A stretch of 64,000 nt of DNA from Camelus ferus (lineage: Eukaryota), in contig NC_045707.1 of assembly GCF_009834535.1 (NCBI RefSeq), positions 53,632,001-53,696,000 on the forward strand, read 5' to 3'. Below the pieces are notes generated by a model. That model made no database searches. It saw only the letters and a program-made list of their open reading frames with translations, and was not told the DNA's origin. Below, one piece after another: positions 28,231-41,717 of the stretch. Position 1 is the stretch's first letter, and the number at the start of each line of letters is the position of its first letter. The position numbers and the translations under genes are program-made.

Positions 28231-31200
28231 ATGGTAGTTGTCATGACTTTTTTATGTTGAATAGAATCAAATGAGCCCATATTGAACAGGTCATTTAATG
28301 TTCCTGCTTGTTATATCTGCGCTATTATAACCTCATGCTGCGTGCCATGATCAAGAATCTCTGCTGAAGAGTTGACACATTTTGGTTGGCGTGCATTGTA
28401 GAACGTGGCCTCTCTGCCCTGATCACTCTAAGAACTGACACGCATAACATGACCCATTGATCTAGGAGGCATACCAAAATCCTGAATTCGTACTTTATAC
28501 CTTTGGATATAGATATAAAGCTCTTCTTTGGATTTTGAAAGCAAAGAATATGAAAAGAAAAAGAGGCTGTATTAGAGGCCAAGAAAAGGGGAGGCACAGT
28601 AAGAAGTATTAGTAAAAAATTTAAAATAAACCATGAAGCAACTGAGCCCATAAAGAGAGTAGAAGACATAATTAGGCAGGGATGCCCAACAAGAAAGAAG
28701 ACTTAGAGAAAAACAGACACAGAGCACATAGGGAAAATCCGACTCACAAGCTTAGCAGTCTATGGGCATGTTTGCAAGTCAACAGCATACTTTAGACTAC
28801 AAAAATTCCTGTTGGATTTTGAATTGTGAAGGAATGATATTTCATTTTCTCATGAGATTTAGCTGTGAGTTTGCTGAGATTGTTCATATGTCTCTTGCTT
28901 CCCTGGGCAGTTTTTAAATCCATTATCTGAACTAACATGGATGCATTTCTGTTTCTTGAAGTGTGATAGATACATCTTAATAAAAACAGAATAATTCAAA
29001 ATCAACTAGTCTACATATCTTAGTTTACTAATGAGCCATTGCTTTTATGCCTGCTCACCCAGTTGGCTGGACGCAGATAGGATTAAACCTTGTTTCTGCT
29101 CTACCTCAATGCTCTTTCTGCTCTGTCTTCTTGCCACCTTAACCTTTCACAGTGCCCAGAGACTCCAGAGTTAAACACCACATTGCTCTCTTGGTTTCAT
29201 GCTCTACTTCTCCTTGTTTTAGTTTTGATTTCCTTTTTTCCACTTTTACATTTTTCTTCTGTATTATTTCTTTTATCTTATTTGAAGAGTTCACATACTC
29301 AAAAGTAAATTTTGGCATTAAAAAAAAAAAAACCTACAAATCTCCTCTAGCTGAAAGAACAACTTGCTGTTGAGTACTTGTGATTAATTATCAGCTTAGA
29401 GAGCAAAGCAGATATTGCACAATATCTAGAGTTTGTGAAAATATTACCTATCCATCAATATTGCTGAAGTCTCTCTAGAATAACTGATGATCTTTAAGTG
29501 TTATTTCTCAGAATTTCCTTTAAAAATGCATGAATTTATTTTACCATCCTCTGAATCTAAATCTTAAAATGTTTTCATTAGTTTTATTTGCTGAATAATA
29601 CCTAAATAAGGTAAAGAATTTGGTTAGCAGCCAATCAAGGATATATATTTCTTATACTTTACCAATTACTATTAATTCCACAGGATCTCACTGTATCATG
29701 TTCAGATTATTACAGTGGTTTTGGTGTTCTTGTTTCTAGCCTCATCCTACTCAATTATATTTTTCTGTATACTTCTAGGCGAATGACTACCAGTACAATG
29801 CAATGTGCTTCCACTGGCTTCTAATTTCCCCCCAATACCTCTGCATTTAATCTCCTTCATAAGCATTTCTATCCTTACCTTTCTCTTTATATATCATCAT
29901 ACGATGTTCCACAATATATGCTCTGTTTCAAAAAGGTTCATATCTCTATTGTCACTCACACATGCCATATTTATTTCTTTCACACATCGTTACTCTGTTT
30001 CCTCCTATTTGGGGAGACCCATCTAGTTCATTAATTATTTATTCATTTATTACTACAGCCCACAATTATTTCCCTAATTGTTAAATTTGTTGCTTTTGTT
30101 ATCTTTAAGACCCAGCTTAATCCTTAAGTGATCTGTAACTATTTCATGTATGATCATTTGCTACAAATAAATAGTATATAGCAGAAATCATGCAATAAAA
30201 ACTATTTTTTGTGTATATTGCCTTCAGTGGTTAGCACAGTAGAAGGCATCAGTAGATGTTTAATAACTTCTGGCCAACTAACTAATCAATTTCAGATCTT
30301 CCCTGCAAATGTGAGTAAGGACAGATGGGAATTGCACTATCACTGCTGATCTTTCCCAAGATAGTCATGGTATTTTTCAACTATTTCCATAGAGAAAAAT
30401 GAGCTCTACAAGGACATTAAGTACACCTATAGCATTAAATGTAACAACAACAACAAAATGCTGAAAATTAGGAAGAAAGAGGAAAGAGGGAAGAGTACCA
30501 CTTAGGGAATATTGAAATGTCATCTACCCTTTCAAGGTTATAGAGATTTTAGCAAGAGAACTAAACGGTGCTATAAACCTAAGGCTCACTTCACTTTTAG
30601 CCCTAATTATAGGATTTTCCATGCATGAAAAATATGTAGACGATATGCACTGCAGTCTTCATCTGTTCCATTGTATCTAGACAACATGCTTGAAAGTGCG
30701 GATTCTTCTTACATGCATATGTGTACTTGTACACTATGTACATGTGCATGCATATTTGGTATTTTGTGTCTACAGCATTTTCCAGTAGTTATATTTTTAA
30801 ATAATTTCATTACCAAAATGACTGGTAATAACACTTTCAGCCCCAGGTGGCTCTCTTTCCCATTTAGAAGTGATTACAGAAAGATTGAAAAGATATTTTG
30901 CATTCCATTTGTGGTTGTCTTTTATTGAACTTGGTTAAAGTAACATGCTCCTGCGATTTTAGGTTTTTAATGTAAGTGCAGTCCCCTTGGAAATGTTTGC
31001 ACATAAACGTGGGTGAAAAACACGTAGCCACTCTAGTTAAGCTTTCAAAAAGTGTTTTTAGGAAATGTTTGAAATTGAGGCTTAGGTTATTGTCTTTTCT
31101 TAATGTGCATGCATAACGCCTACTAATCATAGCGGGAATTAAACACACCTGTATAAAGAAAAGTAAGCTTTAGTTCTTTTGGTTCAAAGATTTTCTCAAA

Positions 31201-32214
31201 TCCCTCTTTCTCAAATAATTAAATAGAAGATTGTTAAAAGTATTTGTCGTCTGTGTGGACAATCTAGAAACTAAATCTGACTTTGTATATCTTCAAATGT
31301 AAAGGGCCAAATTCTTGTTGCAGAGTCTTGTGCTACGTATATAGATTAACAAGCATTTTGCAAATACACAAGGTGAGATTTGATTTAAATTGCAGAGCCA
31401 CAAATAGCAACCTGTCTTATGTGATTTACCGACTCCTGAGAAATACTTGCTAGATTGTCTAAAAATTTCTATCCTCATTTTCTTCAATCCTAATGCCATT
31501 AACTTCTAGGTTAGATTACTGATACATTGATATTTTTATATCTGTATGATAAAGTTTCCTGTGCAATGTGGGAACATTACTGCTTTTCATATATAAATAG
31601 AGAAAATCAGTCTCCCTAAATGCCAGAAACTTTCTGTAGTTTAAAAATTATAGCAGTGACTTTGACATTTTATCAAATCTATAGAATGAATTTGTATTTC
31701 TTAAAGCAAAGTGCTTTGCTGCTTTTATTTTAAAATGAAGGAAAAATGTTACATTGCAAATATATGAAAAATAACTATCTTTAGTATCTTTAAACTTTAA
31801 AAATGATGTGGACTAAGAAAAAGAACAACAGTCTTGTTGCACAAAGCCTGCGTATCTCAAATTCAGAGTAGATCAACATAACCATGACTGTTATCCTTAA
31901 CTGAGTGCTGTACATCCTATAAATAAAGGTTCGATTTCAAAGTTTCTTTAGACTTTTCAACTCTTTCATGAGCCTCTATTTTGTTACATAGTTATAAAAC
32001 ACATACTTTTCAGGTAAAAATTGTATTAAAACCAAGGACATAAACAATTGTGTTGCAGAAAGTGTTATTTGCTGGAATTTCCTTTAATGTTTAATGTCCT
32101 AAAATATAGAGTTAGCAAGCTTTGAAAATTACTCTTACATGTTTTGAAGACTGGGTTTTCTCAATCAAGTTTAACTATAACTGAAAAGTTGAAGCGACAT
32201 CATATATTATACCT

Positions 32215-32500
32215 TACTTTTATTTGTTTTTTAATTGAAGTAGAGTTGACTTAGAATATTGTACTAGTTTCAGAATACAACATAGTAATTTGACATTCCT
32301 ATAGATTAACCTCTGTATAAAGTTATAATAAAATATTGGTTGTATTCTCTGTGCTGTATATTACATCTTTGTAACTTATCTATTTTATATCTGGCAGTTT
32401 GTACCTCATAATCCTTCTTCTCACTCATTTTGCCCCTCCCCTCACCCTCTCCTTGCTGGCAACCACCAGTCTGTTCTCTTTAGTTTTCTCTTTTAGATAG
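32215..32500 (-). mobile_element. L1 3' UTR fragment
   Basis: ttttaattgaagtagagttgacttagaatattgtactagtttcag...ctggcaaccaccagtctgttctct, homologous to the other L1 tails. Confidence 0.85.
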
Positions 32501-33242
32501 AGATTACCCCAAATTCCACCTTTAGAGTCATTGCTAAGTTCATTTTCAGCTTCTTGACTATATATATTTTGAACTTACGTTCATACAGGTACAATCATAA
32601 TGCATACATTTACTTAAGATACTTTAGCTAATCTTACTTGGATGTCAGAATCCTTACACTTTGTCCAGAAGATCTTACTTGGTTTAACTCCAGCCTCAGA
32701 TAGCAGCATTCTTGCTTTGCTCTGTATCACACAGTCACTCTCATCTTGCTGCCCTCTCAACTCCTGAAATTATCACTGTGACTACGTCTTTGCCCATGAG
32801 TTTTCTTCTAGCTGGAACACTTTCCATACTTCATCTAGCTAACTCCTATACATTTTCCTGTTTAACACTCCTCCGAAAGGACTGTCTGATGCCTAGTCTC
32901 ATTTAGAGCCTCCTGTTATGCTACTCAGAGACCATGTCAATTTCCCCAGTACTACTCAGCACTGTTGGAATTAATTAATTTTTAGTGTGATCACATATTT
33001 CTCACATGTATCCTCCGCTAGCCTAAAAGCTCCATAGTCAAGAATTTCATCATTTTGCCCACTAATTTTTCCCTTTTTCCCAAAGACTGACCACACGTTA
33101 GACCATAAATACATGTGGAAATAAAAGAGTAAATAAATATAATTTGCATTCTGCTTTGTTCTAGTTACAATTATGCCATAAACATTTTGCCATATTTCTA
33201 AGCAATTTTTGTCATCACTTTCAAATGGATGAATAGCAATAA

Positions 33243-33270
33243 TAATGATGATGATGATGATGATGATGAT
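33243..33270. repeat. (GAT)n microsatellite
   Basis: Directly visible. Confidence 0.95.
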
Positions 33271-34464
33271 AACAATAATACTGACATATCATTTTCTGCA
33301 AAGCCAATCTATTATACAACAGATAATTTAGGTTAATTAAACGTTTTGAAATTGTGAATGACATTAATATGAATATCTTCATTTATATTGCAGTTTTGTT
33401 CCGTTTGATTGTTTAAGAAAATTTCCCAGAAATAATAGCTAGTATAAGAGTATGACCTCTATATTGCCACAGATTTCTTTGTGAAAAGATTACATCAGTT
33501 TTCAGTACCATGTGCCAGGGCCTCTTTAAATACTACAAATGGGTTAAATTTTTTGCTATTAAGAAATTACCTTAGCTATATGTCAATAGGAAATATATAT
33601 ACATAAAAAAATGCCTTGGAAGACAAGACAGAAGACACAGATAAGAAAATGTTGGTGTTATTGTCTGATGACTAGTGTTTTTTTAAGGATATTTGATAGG
33701 AAGAAGAATATTTGACTAGTTTAAGGCTGCAGATGGTCTCCAGTTGATTAATAGTGGTGCTGAGTCCCATGTTATGGATTTGCTGGCCCTACAGGCTCTC
33801 TGCTCCTCTTTAGGGGTCAGGCAACCCTGTACAGTCCTCTGTGTGGTTCCAGACTCCCCACAGAGATGTGTAAGCTACTGCAGAGGGTTAAGCTTTTCAA
33901 ATTTTGCACAAATAGAAAAACTATCAGCAGCTGATTATTTCCTTGCTTTTACCCAATTTTATATTTGGCTTGCCCAAGAATAAATTTATTGAATATAATC
34001 CAATCATAACAGCATTTCCTCAATTACATCTGAGAGAATTCCAAAATCCAAAGGTACATAAGGCAGTTTTAATGATGCATGCCTCTTCAGTCATTTAAAA
34101 TAAGTAGTTTCTCTATTAATAAATTTATTGGAAATCCCCTAGAATGCAGTTTGCATTAATGACTTTATTAAGAAAATCTGTCATCAACTTCAGTTGGTTT
34201 CGCCGGGAACCAGAAATGATGAGCCATTTACTAAGAGCAGTTTTAGATAACATTCAGGTAGTTTAGTAATATCAGTAATAATAATGACTACCAAACCAAA
34301 TATCTATGAGATGTGTTCAATATTTTCTTCTCTACATAGAGAAAGGGACAGGTTACAAAGCCTAAGAAATAAAAAAAAATTATATTGACATCTTTTGTGT
34401 CATCTGTACTAAAGGTATAAATACTAAAAAACTGAGTATAAATTTTATGTTTTGCTCTGTCACA

Positions 34465-34514
34465 TTTGGTTTACTCAAAATAACATAGTTTGGTTTACTC
34501 AAAATAACATAGTT
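34465..34514. repeat. Perfect 24-bp tandem duplication
   Basis: tttggtttactcaaaataacatag x2. Confidence 0.97.
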
Positions 34515-37500
34515 AATTTATACTTGGCCTGTAGGACTACTAATTGTATACCAGCATTACATCTGGATTGTAATCTTATTCCTTAAAAACAAACAAACAA
34601 ACAAAAACAAAATTCACAGAATGACATTCAGGGATTAAATTCAGAAAAGAATTCTGGATTTAATTCCTAAACTCCCATTATTCAGTCTTTACCCTCATTC
34701 ATTAATGCATGTGATTTTTTTAAATATGCTTGAAACTAGAATGTTTAAAATACAAGGCTCATGTAATCAAAACTGTAAATTTACAATAAATGTGAATGTA
34801 TGAGCTAGATTATTAAGTCCTGCAAAATTCTCAATTCCAATTTCCACTTATTTCCTGAAGAAATACCTTTAAGAATGGAAGCATTTTTAATTTTTTTTCA
34901 TTTTCCAAAGCAAAACACCTATGCTTCTGGTTAAATATCCATAAATCTGTCAAAAAGGTAAAAACTAAACCTATCACTAGCATCATCCAGAGTATTATAC
35001 ATCTGAGAAAGATAATTATCTATGAAATTTAAAACAATTTGGAATGTATGATGTACATGATAAGGCATCATGCACCCAGTAAGTTCATGCTGTATAGAGG
35101 AATTTGGGACATTTTGGATTAAAACTAGAAAGAAATACTAAAAATGTTTTCTGAAAATGGTGTTAGAGACTATGGCTACCATTGTCCACTTAGGTTCCAT
35201 TGTTTTGTCTGTCACTTCCCATACTCACTGCATTATAGGCAGTCAATAAATATTTGTAAAATTAGTGATGAAATGTATTTCCAAACTAACTATTTTGGTG
35301 AACTGTTTGGGCAGGATTCTTGTATTGAAAGAATATTCTACCATATTTTACTTTATCTCCCAGCCATTTTCCTGGCATGGTAGTGGTATAGTATTACTAT
35401 ACATAGTAAATATTCAATAAAGTTTGCTTGGTGAATTAAATAATAAATAGTCACTCATATGGAAGATGAGAACATTAGTTGTATGTGGCTAACAATTTTT
35501 CCTTTCTTTTTAAATGTATGTTAAAAGGAAATACAGTTAGGATTGTGTTTGTTTTTAGTATATCTCTTGCTGGTTTCTCGTGGTTCTCTTCTCACTGCCT
35601 TTATAGCAAATGCCAGATAGATACTTCATAACGTATGTGGCTCAATCAATATATGTTATTTGAAATAGAAAATGTTATTTATTGGCTTATTGTTTCCAGT
35701 CATATGTATGCTAATAAGGTCCATGTGAGAAATCATGTATATAATGCTTTCCCTATGTGATCATATACTAAATATGATTTTGGATGCTTTTGGTGGTTGT
35801 TTTTGGTTTTGTTGTTGGAATTGGATTGCTTTGTTCTTTTAAGACATTCTTTGATCCTTAGTAAGATTCTGCCAGAGTTTATAAACTTAATTCTTTTTGG
35901 AGGAAGAAAAAAAATTTTCTCTAAATCTAAAATAGCACTCAACAAATATATAAAACAATCTACTTTAGGTCAAACATGGAATTCTTGGGAAAAACACAGA
36001 TCTTAGAAATAAAACTGTCCAGTCAGTGTAAACCACCATCTTTCAAGATTGATATTATTTAACAATTTGTCTTAATGTGATTTTTTTTCAGTACAGCATA
36101 TTTTATCTGCATTTACTTAGGGATTTTTCATGTGAAGGGAATGTAAATTAAAATAACATGTCAGGACCTTGGTAACCAAGTCCATCTATATTGTTCCACT
36201 TCTGTCAAAGATATATTAGTAGTAATGATGGATGAAATGAGGCATATATCACTGTCTAACTCTGAGTCCCAATAGAGCTAATGTCATTTAAGTCAGGATC
36301 AACCCAGAAACACTTCAGATCTGTAAGAAATATCTGGTTGTCCAAGTAATTTTGAATATAACACATATTATCTGAGTATTTTCACCGCCAATGTTCAGAT
36401 TTTTAACAACAACAAAAAAAAGTACGTTAATGGTAAGATCATTTTCAGTTCAAAAACCATACTTCATTATCATTTGAACTCCCATTCAGCAAACACTTAT
36501 GGCTCATTTAAAATTCCCATAAAATAACAATTTAATGTTGCAAAAGGGTAAACATGAATATCTAGGTTTGTGAGTACCAGAGACTAAACACTAGAGATTC
36601 TAAGATTGAAAACAAAAGTTACCTTGTCTCCTAGCTGTCTTCTTATAGCTTCTTTTAATCCATCTCCAGCTCCTCAGAAATCAACTTAATTGAGACTTTT
36701 AGGAAAATAATAATAAAGTAAAATTACCAATTATAAAAAAAAAATTTGTCAAAGTGTATTTTTTCTATCCCAGCTTCCAAATTTGGATTGGTGGCTCCTG
36801 CTTTGTGTAAAAAAGTTGATAAAAAATGGAGTTTCCAGAAAAAAAAAATCAGAACTCTGCACTTGTTTGTCTTAAAGATTTCTCTCTTCAGCTATTCAAA
36901 TATTTGTCAAATAAATGGATCCAGAGAACTGAAAATACTTACTTCATTTTGAAACCACTTTGATGACCCTAATATGAAGTTATTAGCATACTGCAATGTT
37001 TCCTGTATTAATTTTTAATTTTAATAGGTGTTACTTTAAATTGTCTTAAAAAATTACTCATAAAATTAAATCAATTTTTCTATTGTTTTATATTTGTAAC
37101 CAGATTAATAATTTGGCTTTACATAACATCTATAACAGTAGCTTAACATAATTTTTTTAGTTAAACAGAAGTGCTTAAAACAACTAGGAAAGTAGCTGGT
37201 GCCACATTTGCTGTGTATCTTTAGCTCCTTCATCTCCTAAACTTTAAAGAAATTTTAATTTACTGTTACAACAAAAACATACACTCCATTCCATTTCTAC
37301 ATCAGTAAGCATGGTCCTTTCTTTCCTATATTTAGTATTCAAACTTGTATCAGTATTTGTCCCCTCTTCCACGAATTGTTTTTATTCCAATGAAGTGTGA
37401 TGGTTAAATCTTTTAAATGAAATATAAAAGACATTCCATATTTTAAATCTTTTGAATCTTTTCTCTGTCTTTTTCTAATTAATTAGGCTGCTTTATGGTA

Positions 37501-38799
37501 CACATTTTAAGTAAAAAACACTATTCTTTCCAAATATAAGTTTTCATCAGGAAAGGGTTTTTGGAAAAGTATTGTTTGATACATGAAATTCAGGAGGAGG
37601 TTATCAACTTGGAGATTTAAGATGCTGATTCCATTAATTTTAGTGCAAAAAGAGTGAAGCTCATAATGGACATGGAGCCTTTGGAATTGACAGTTAGCTG
37701 GTAGAGTAGCAGGGGTCCATATAGTTTCCTATGATTTAGTCTAAAACATAACTCTGTCACACCTCGCTCACACCATCACCATAAACTAAATGCAGCTTTT
37801 ACTGTACTGCAATTTTGGCTGCCTTAATAGATGGTTTTGAAGGACCCACTGTGATTTAGCCTGACTGGAGCAGTCAGGCTGACATTATGTGTCTCAGAGG
37901 AGATCTATGCATAATTAGCTATCTCTACATTTAGAAAGGTTTCACTTTGAAAGATAAGTTTACACTGGAAATTGGGGAGGTTTACTTTCTGTCTCTGAAC
38001 TATTTTCTGTCTCTTTACTTTTTCTATGTCAAGTCATCCATGTAGTAAGACCTTCTCTCCTCTGCTTATTGTATTTCAGCGTAGTTTAGATTTTGCTTCC
38101 AGCCCTCTTACTCTCTCTGGGAGGAAATGGTCGCTCTCTCTTTTGAACCGCACTAATCATCCCCTCTGTGTGACTGTCCTGTGACAGCAGGTTATCTGTG
38201 TCACATGGGTTTTTTCATTGACGTTCTGAACTATTACTTAAGCCCGTTTATTAACTTACCGGTCTTATCTCTTATCTTGCTAACTATATTTATTCTCAAC
38301 ATTTTGAAGGTAGAAACCATGTCTTTACAGAGTAAAAATGAATGTTGCAGATACTTGGTATTTATTTTAATGAATTGCTGAAGGGGAAAAAAAAGATGTC
38401 TTAGTAAAGAATCAAAAATGAATATGAAATATCCTACTTCACAGTTGGCAACAGTTTGGAAAAATAATAACAGTAATATATCTGTGTCATTACTTTAGTA
38501 GTTATCATTATTTTAGCAACAATAACTTAATTTTTAGACAGTAGTTTACAGTTTGATGCAGAAATCTTGAGGACCATCTTACAATACTATATGCCAAAAA
38601 TATTTAAAAATATATGGTCTGTCTTCCCCACTCCTTCTTCTCTACTAACATTCAACTATTCTGCTAGACCAGTTATTATTAAGTCAGAATAGAAAAGTAG
38701 AAAAAATTCCAAAATTGTATTTGACCAAGTTTACCTGGAAGTGACTGGATTATTTCTTACCTTGTTTAGAATGGATGTCTTAAAATAAAAAAAAAGAAA

Positions 38800-40660
38800 A
38801 CTTCACATTTATGCAAATTTGAGTTTATCAATTATAAATAATATGCCCTCCACACAAGGAATAGTGAGGAGCAATAAAAGTAGGAAATTATTGATGTTAT
38901 AGCAAAGTAATTGTTGTGACATATTTTAAATATTAACAGAAGTTATAGGTGATCTCAACTGGGAATGGGTGGGAGACCTTAGGGAGCAGGGAACAGAGGA
39001 AGTTACTGTTCTCTTTGGAAATAGTCTATAGATACTGATTAACCTTGAATATTCATGAGAGATCTATTTTTTTTTAACATTTTATGTTTTATAGTTTAAC
39101 AGTGACTCTCAGAAAAATAGAAATCATTTGTATAAATTCTAAATTATGCAAGTGAAAGTACATACTACCTTGAAATCCTCAGTCTAAAAAAGTTAGGAAA
39201 GAAAAAAATGGCAAAGAACAACAAATAAATAATGGAAAATAAGATGCCGTTGCTAAGTCCATCGTAATAATAAGCGTGGAAGTGGGTAAATGCCCTTAAT
39301 AACAAAGCTTATACTATGACTTTTTAAATTCTGGTTTACACTGTTTTTCTGGAGGAATGAATAAAATAAAGTGGCCCAAAGGTTGAAGATAAAGGGAAAG
39401 AAGACATAACAATAAAACATGGTAGAATAAAAGGTACAAGAAGCTGCAGTAGTAAAGAGCTTTTATGCCCTCAGAAATGTTTCAAAATGTAGAGAGCAAG
39501 TACTAATACAAATAAAAGGGGAAACTGGTAAATAATAAATCATGATTAATAAAAATACTTAAAACACTTCTCATATATTAGTAGAGCAAAAAATACAAAA
39601 AAGAGAAAAACTTAGGTGCCCAGTACCTTAGGAGGCTCTTCATTGTGGCAATGGCTTTCCAGCTTCAGATCCACCGAAATCGAGCCAGAGCTTGGACCAG
39701 AGGACTGCTAAGTTCTGTGGAGGCCTCGGGGCAAAGAAAGACAAACAAAAACAAAATAAGAACAAAATATTTAGAAATATATCATGAGATATTTGTGAAA
39801 ATTAACAGTGTATCAAGCCACAGGATTATTGCAACATATTCTGAAGTACAGAAAACACACCTTTCACATTTTCTGGCAAAAACTCAGTAAAAAAGAATTA
39901 GAAGTTGATGGTATGGGAAAGTAACCAAAAAACATATATACTAAAAATATTTAAAGGGAAATTCTCTTGTAAATAAAATCTTAGTTTGGATAGAAGAATA
40001 GAAAACCCAAGATAACAAAATCTTTAGAAATGAGTGACAAAAAGCTTCAAATAGAAAGACTCATGGGATTCATCCAAACCATGAAATAGTTAAGAATAAG
40101 CTTCAAAAGAAAGATGCAAGTCCTATATGAAAAAAATTAAATAAAAATGTTGATCATTATTGACAGACATAAAATGATCTTAAAATAGTAAGGCATCACT
40201 CATTTGTGGAATGTGGCAATTTTCTCTAAGCATGGATTATAAAAATATGTTCATATCACAAAATTAATAACTATGTTATTGGCAAAAGTATAGAAAAATT
40301 TTAAGTGGATAGAGAATTCTGATATAAACCCTCATATAAAGTACCATATAATTTATTTGAAAAGGGTAGAATTTCAATAAATGTTGGTTTATTCTATGAA
40401 TAGTTTTAAGTGAGAAGAAAAGTTTTCTGTCATTGAACAGTATTTTGGCATTTGAGTTTTCACAGCTAAATGTCCATGATTTTTTCTGTAAAAAATTAGT
40501 AATTTATGGAAAATTGCTGTTAATTTGGAAAAAAAATACCCTTTCCTACTATAGAAGGCAATTCACACAAACATTAAGTGAAATAAATTGCAGCCATTTC
40601 AGAATAAATGTAATACATAGAGTTAAAAACAGCAAAAAGTTATAGAAATATAGTTATGAA
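38800..40660 (+). mobile_element. Highly degraded old L1 (inter-ORF/ORF2 pieces)
   Basis: A-rich, with residual ORF2 motifs (aaaggttgaagataaaggg; tttagaaatgagtgacaa; gtggatagagaattctgatataaaccctca). Confidence 0.5.
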
Positions 40661-40662
40661 AT

Positions 40663-40787
40663 GAGGTAAGTATAGCTCAGTGGTAGAATGCATGCCTAAC
40701 ATGCACAAGGCCCTGGCTTCAATCCCCAGTACCTCCATCAAAAATAAATAAATAAACCTAATTACCTCCCTCCCCAAACAAAAGAAA
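40663..40787 (+). mobile_element. tRNA-derived SINE (camelid Vic-1-like)
   Basis: A box tagctcagtggtag, degenerate B box gcttcaatccc, tRNA-Ala-like body, (aaat)n tail, then cctaattacctcccc. Confidence 0.85.
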
Positions 40788-41308
40788 ACTTCAAGAACTA
40801 TAGCTCTGTACATACATGTGTGTGTAAAAATATATTATATATATCCCATTTTTATTTTATAAAATCTATGTATGCACATAGTGAACATGTATAGGAAAAG
40901 CACTAGGGGGATTAGCTGCGGAGAGGAAGGGAAGGAGGGCTGAGTACTTTAAATGTCACCTAAAAGTATGGTAGAAACAGTGGGATTACAGAAAGCATCC
41001 AATACATAGTCTCTGCCTTCTGGTCATTCACACACTGAGGTCACAAGGCAAAGCTACATAAAACAATGCATGAAATGAAGACAGTGTATGACTGTGCCAG
41101 ACAGAGCCCATCCCACTGGCACTTAATCACGCCTGCGTTGATGGTTCCCACTTAATATAAACTTCCAAGTAGTTGCATCGAAAGTTTTCTCCTAGCATGG
41201 GGTCCCGTCATTTTGGGCAGTTTCATAACTGATAGCAAGGAAGGAACAAAATGACAAGTTACCTTGAAAATACAACACCATGGTATTCATGTCCCTGTAT
41301 TGAAATTT

Positions 41309-41717
41309 AGAAAAAAGAAAAAGACAGAACAGAAGAAAGAAGAGAGAAAGAGAGAAAGAGAGAGAGAGAGAGAGAAAAGAGAAAAAAGAAAGAAAGAAAG
41401 AGAAAGAAAGAAAGAAGAAAGAGAAAGAAAAAAGAAGAGAAAGAAATAGATATAAGAAAGAAAGGATAGAACGAAGAAAGAAAAGAAAAAGAAAGACGAA
41501 AGAAAGGAAGGAAGGAAGGAAGAAGGAAAAAGAAAGAAAGGAAAGGAAGGAAGAAGGAAGAAGGAGAAAGGAAGGAAGAAGGAAGAAGGAAGGAAGGAAG
41601 AAGAAAGGAAGAAAGAAAAGAAAGAAAAGAAAGAAAGAAAGAAAGAAAGAAGAGGAAGAAAGAAAGAAGAAAAAAGAGAGAGAGAAAAGAAAGAGAGACA
41701 GAGAAAGAAAGAAAGAA
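41309..41717. repeat. ~400-bp polypurine low-complexity tract (GAAA/GGAA/GA)
   Basis: Almost only A and G on the + strand; source of the spurious F/L/S-rich and K/E/R-rich ORFs. Confidence 0.98.

Noticed and set aside
28325..28669. 114-aa minus ORF and possible terminal exon YKVRIQDFGMPPRSMGHVMRVSS*
   Set aside because: No recognisable homology, weak acceptor and no linked exons
34172..34257. Possible exon ENLSSTSVGFRREPEMMSHLLRAVLDNIQ
   Set aside because: Poor pyrimidine tract, weak donor (gtagtt) and unrecognised peptide
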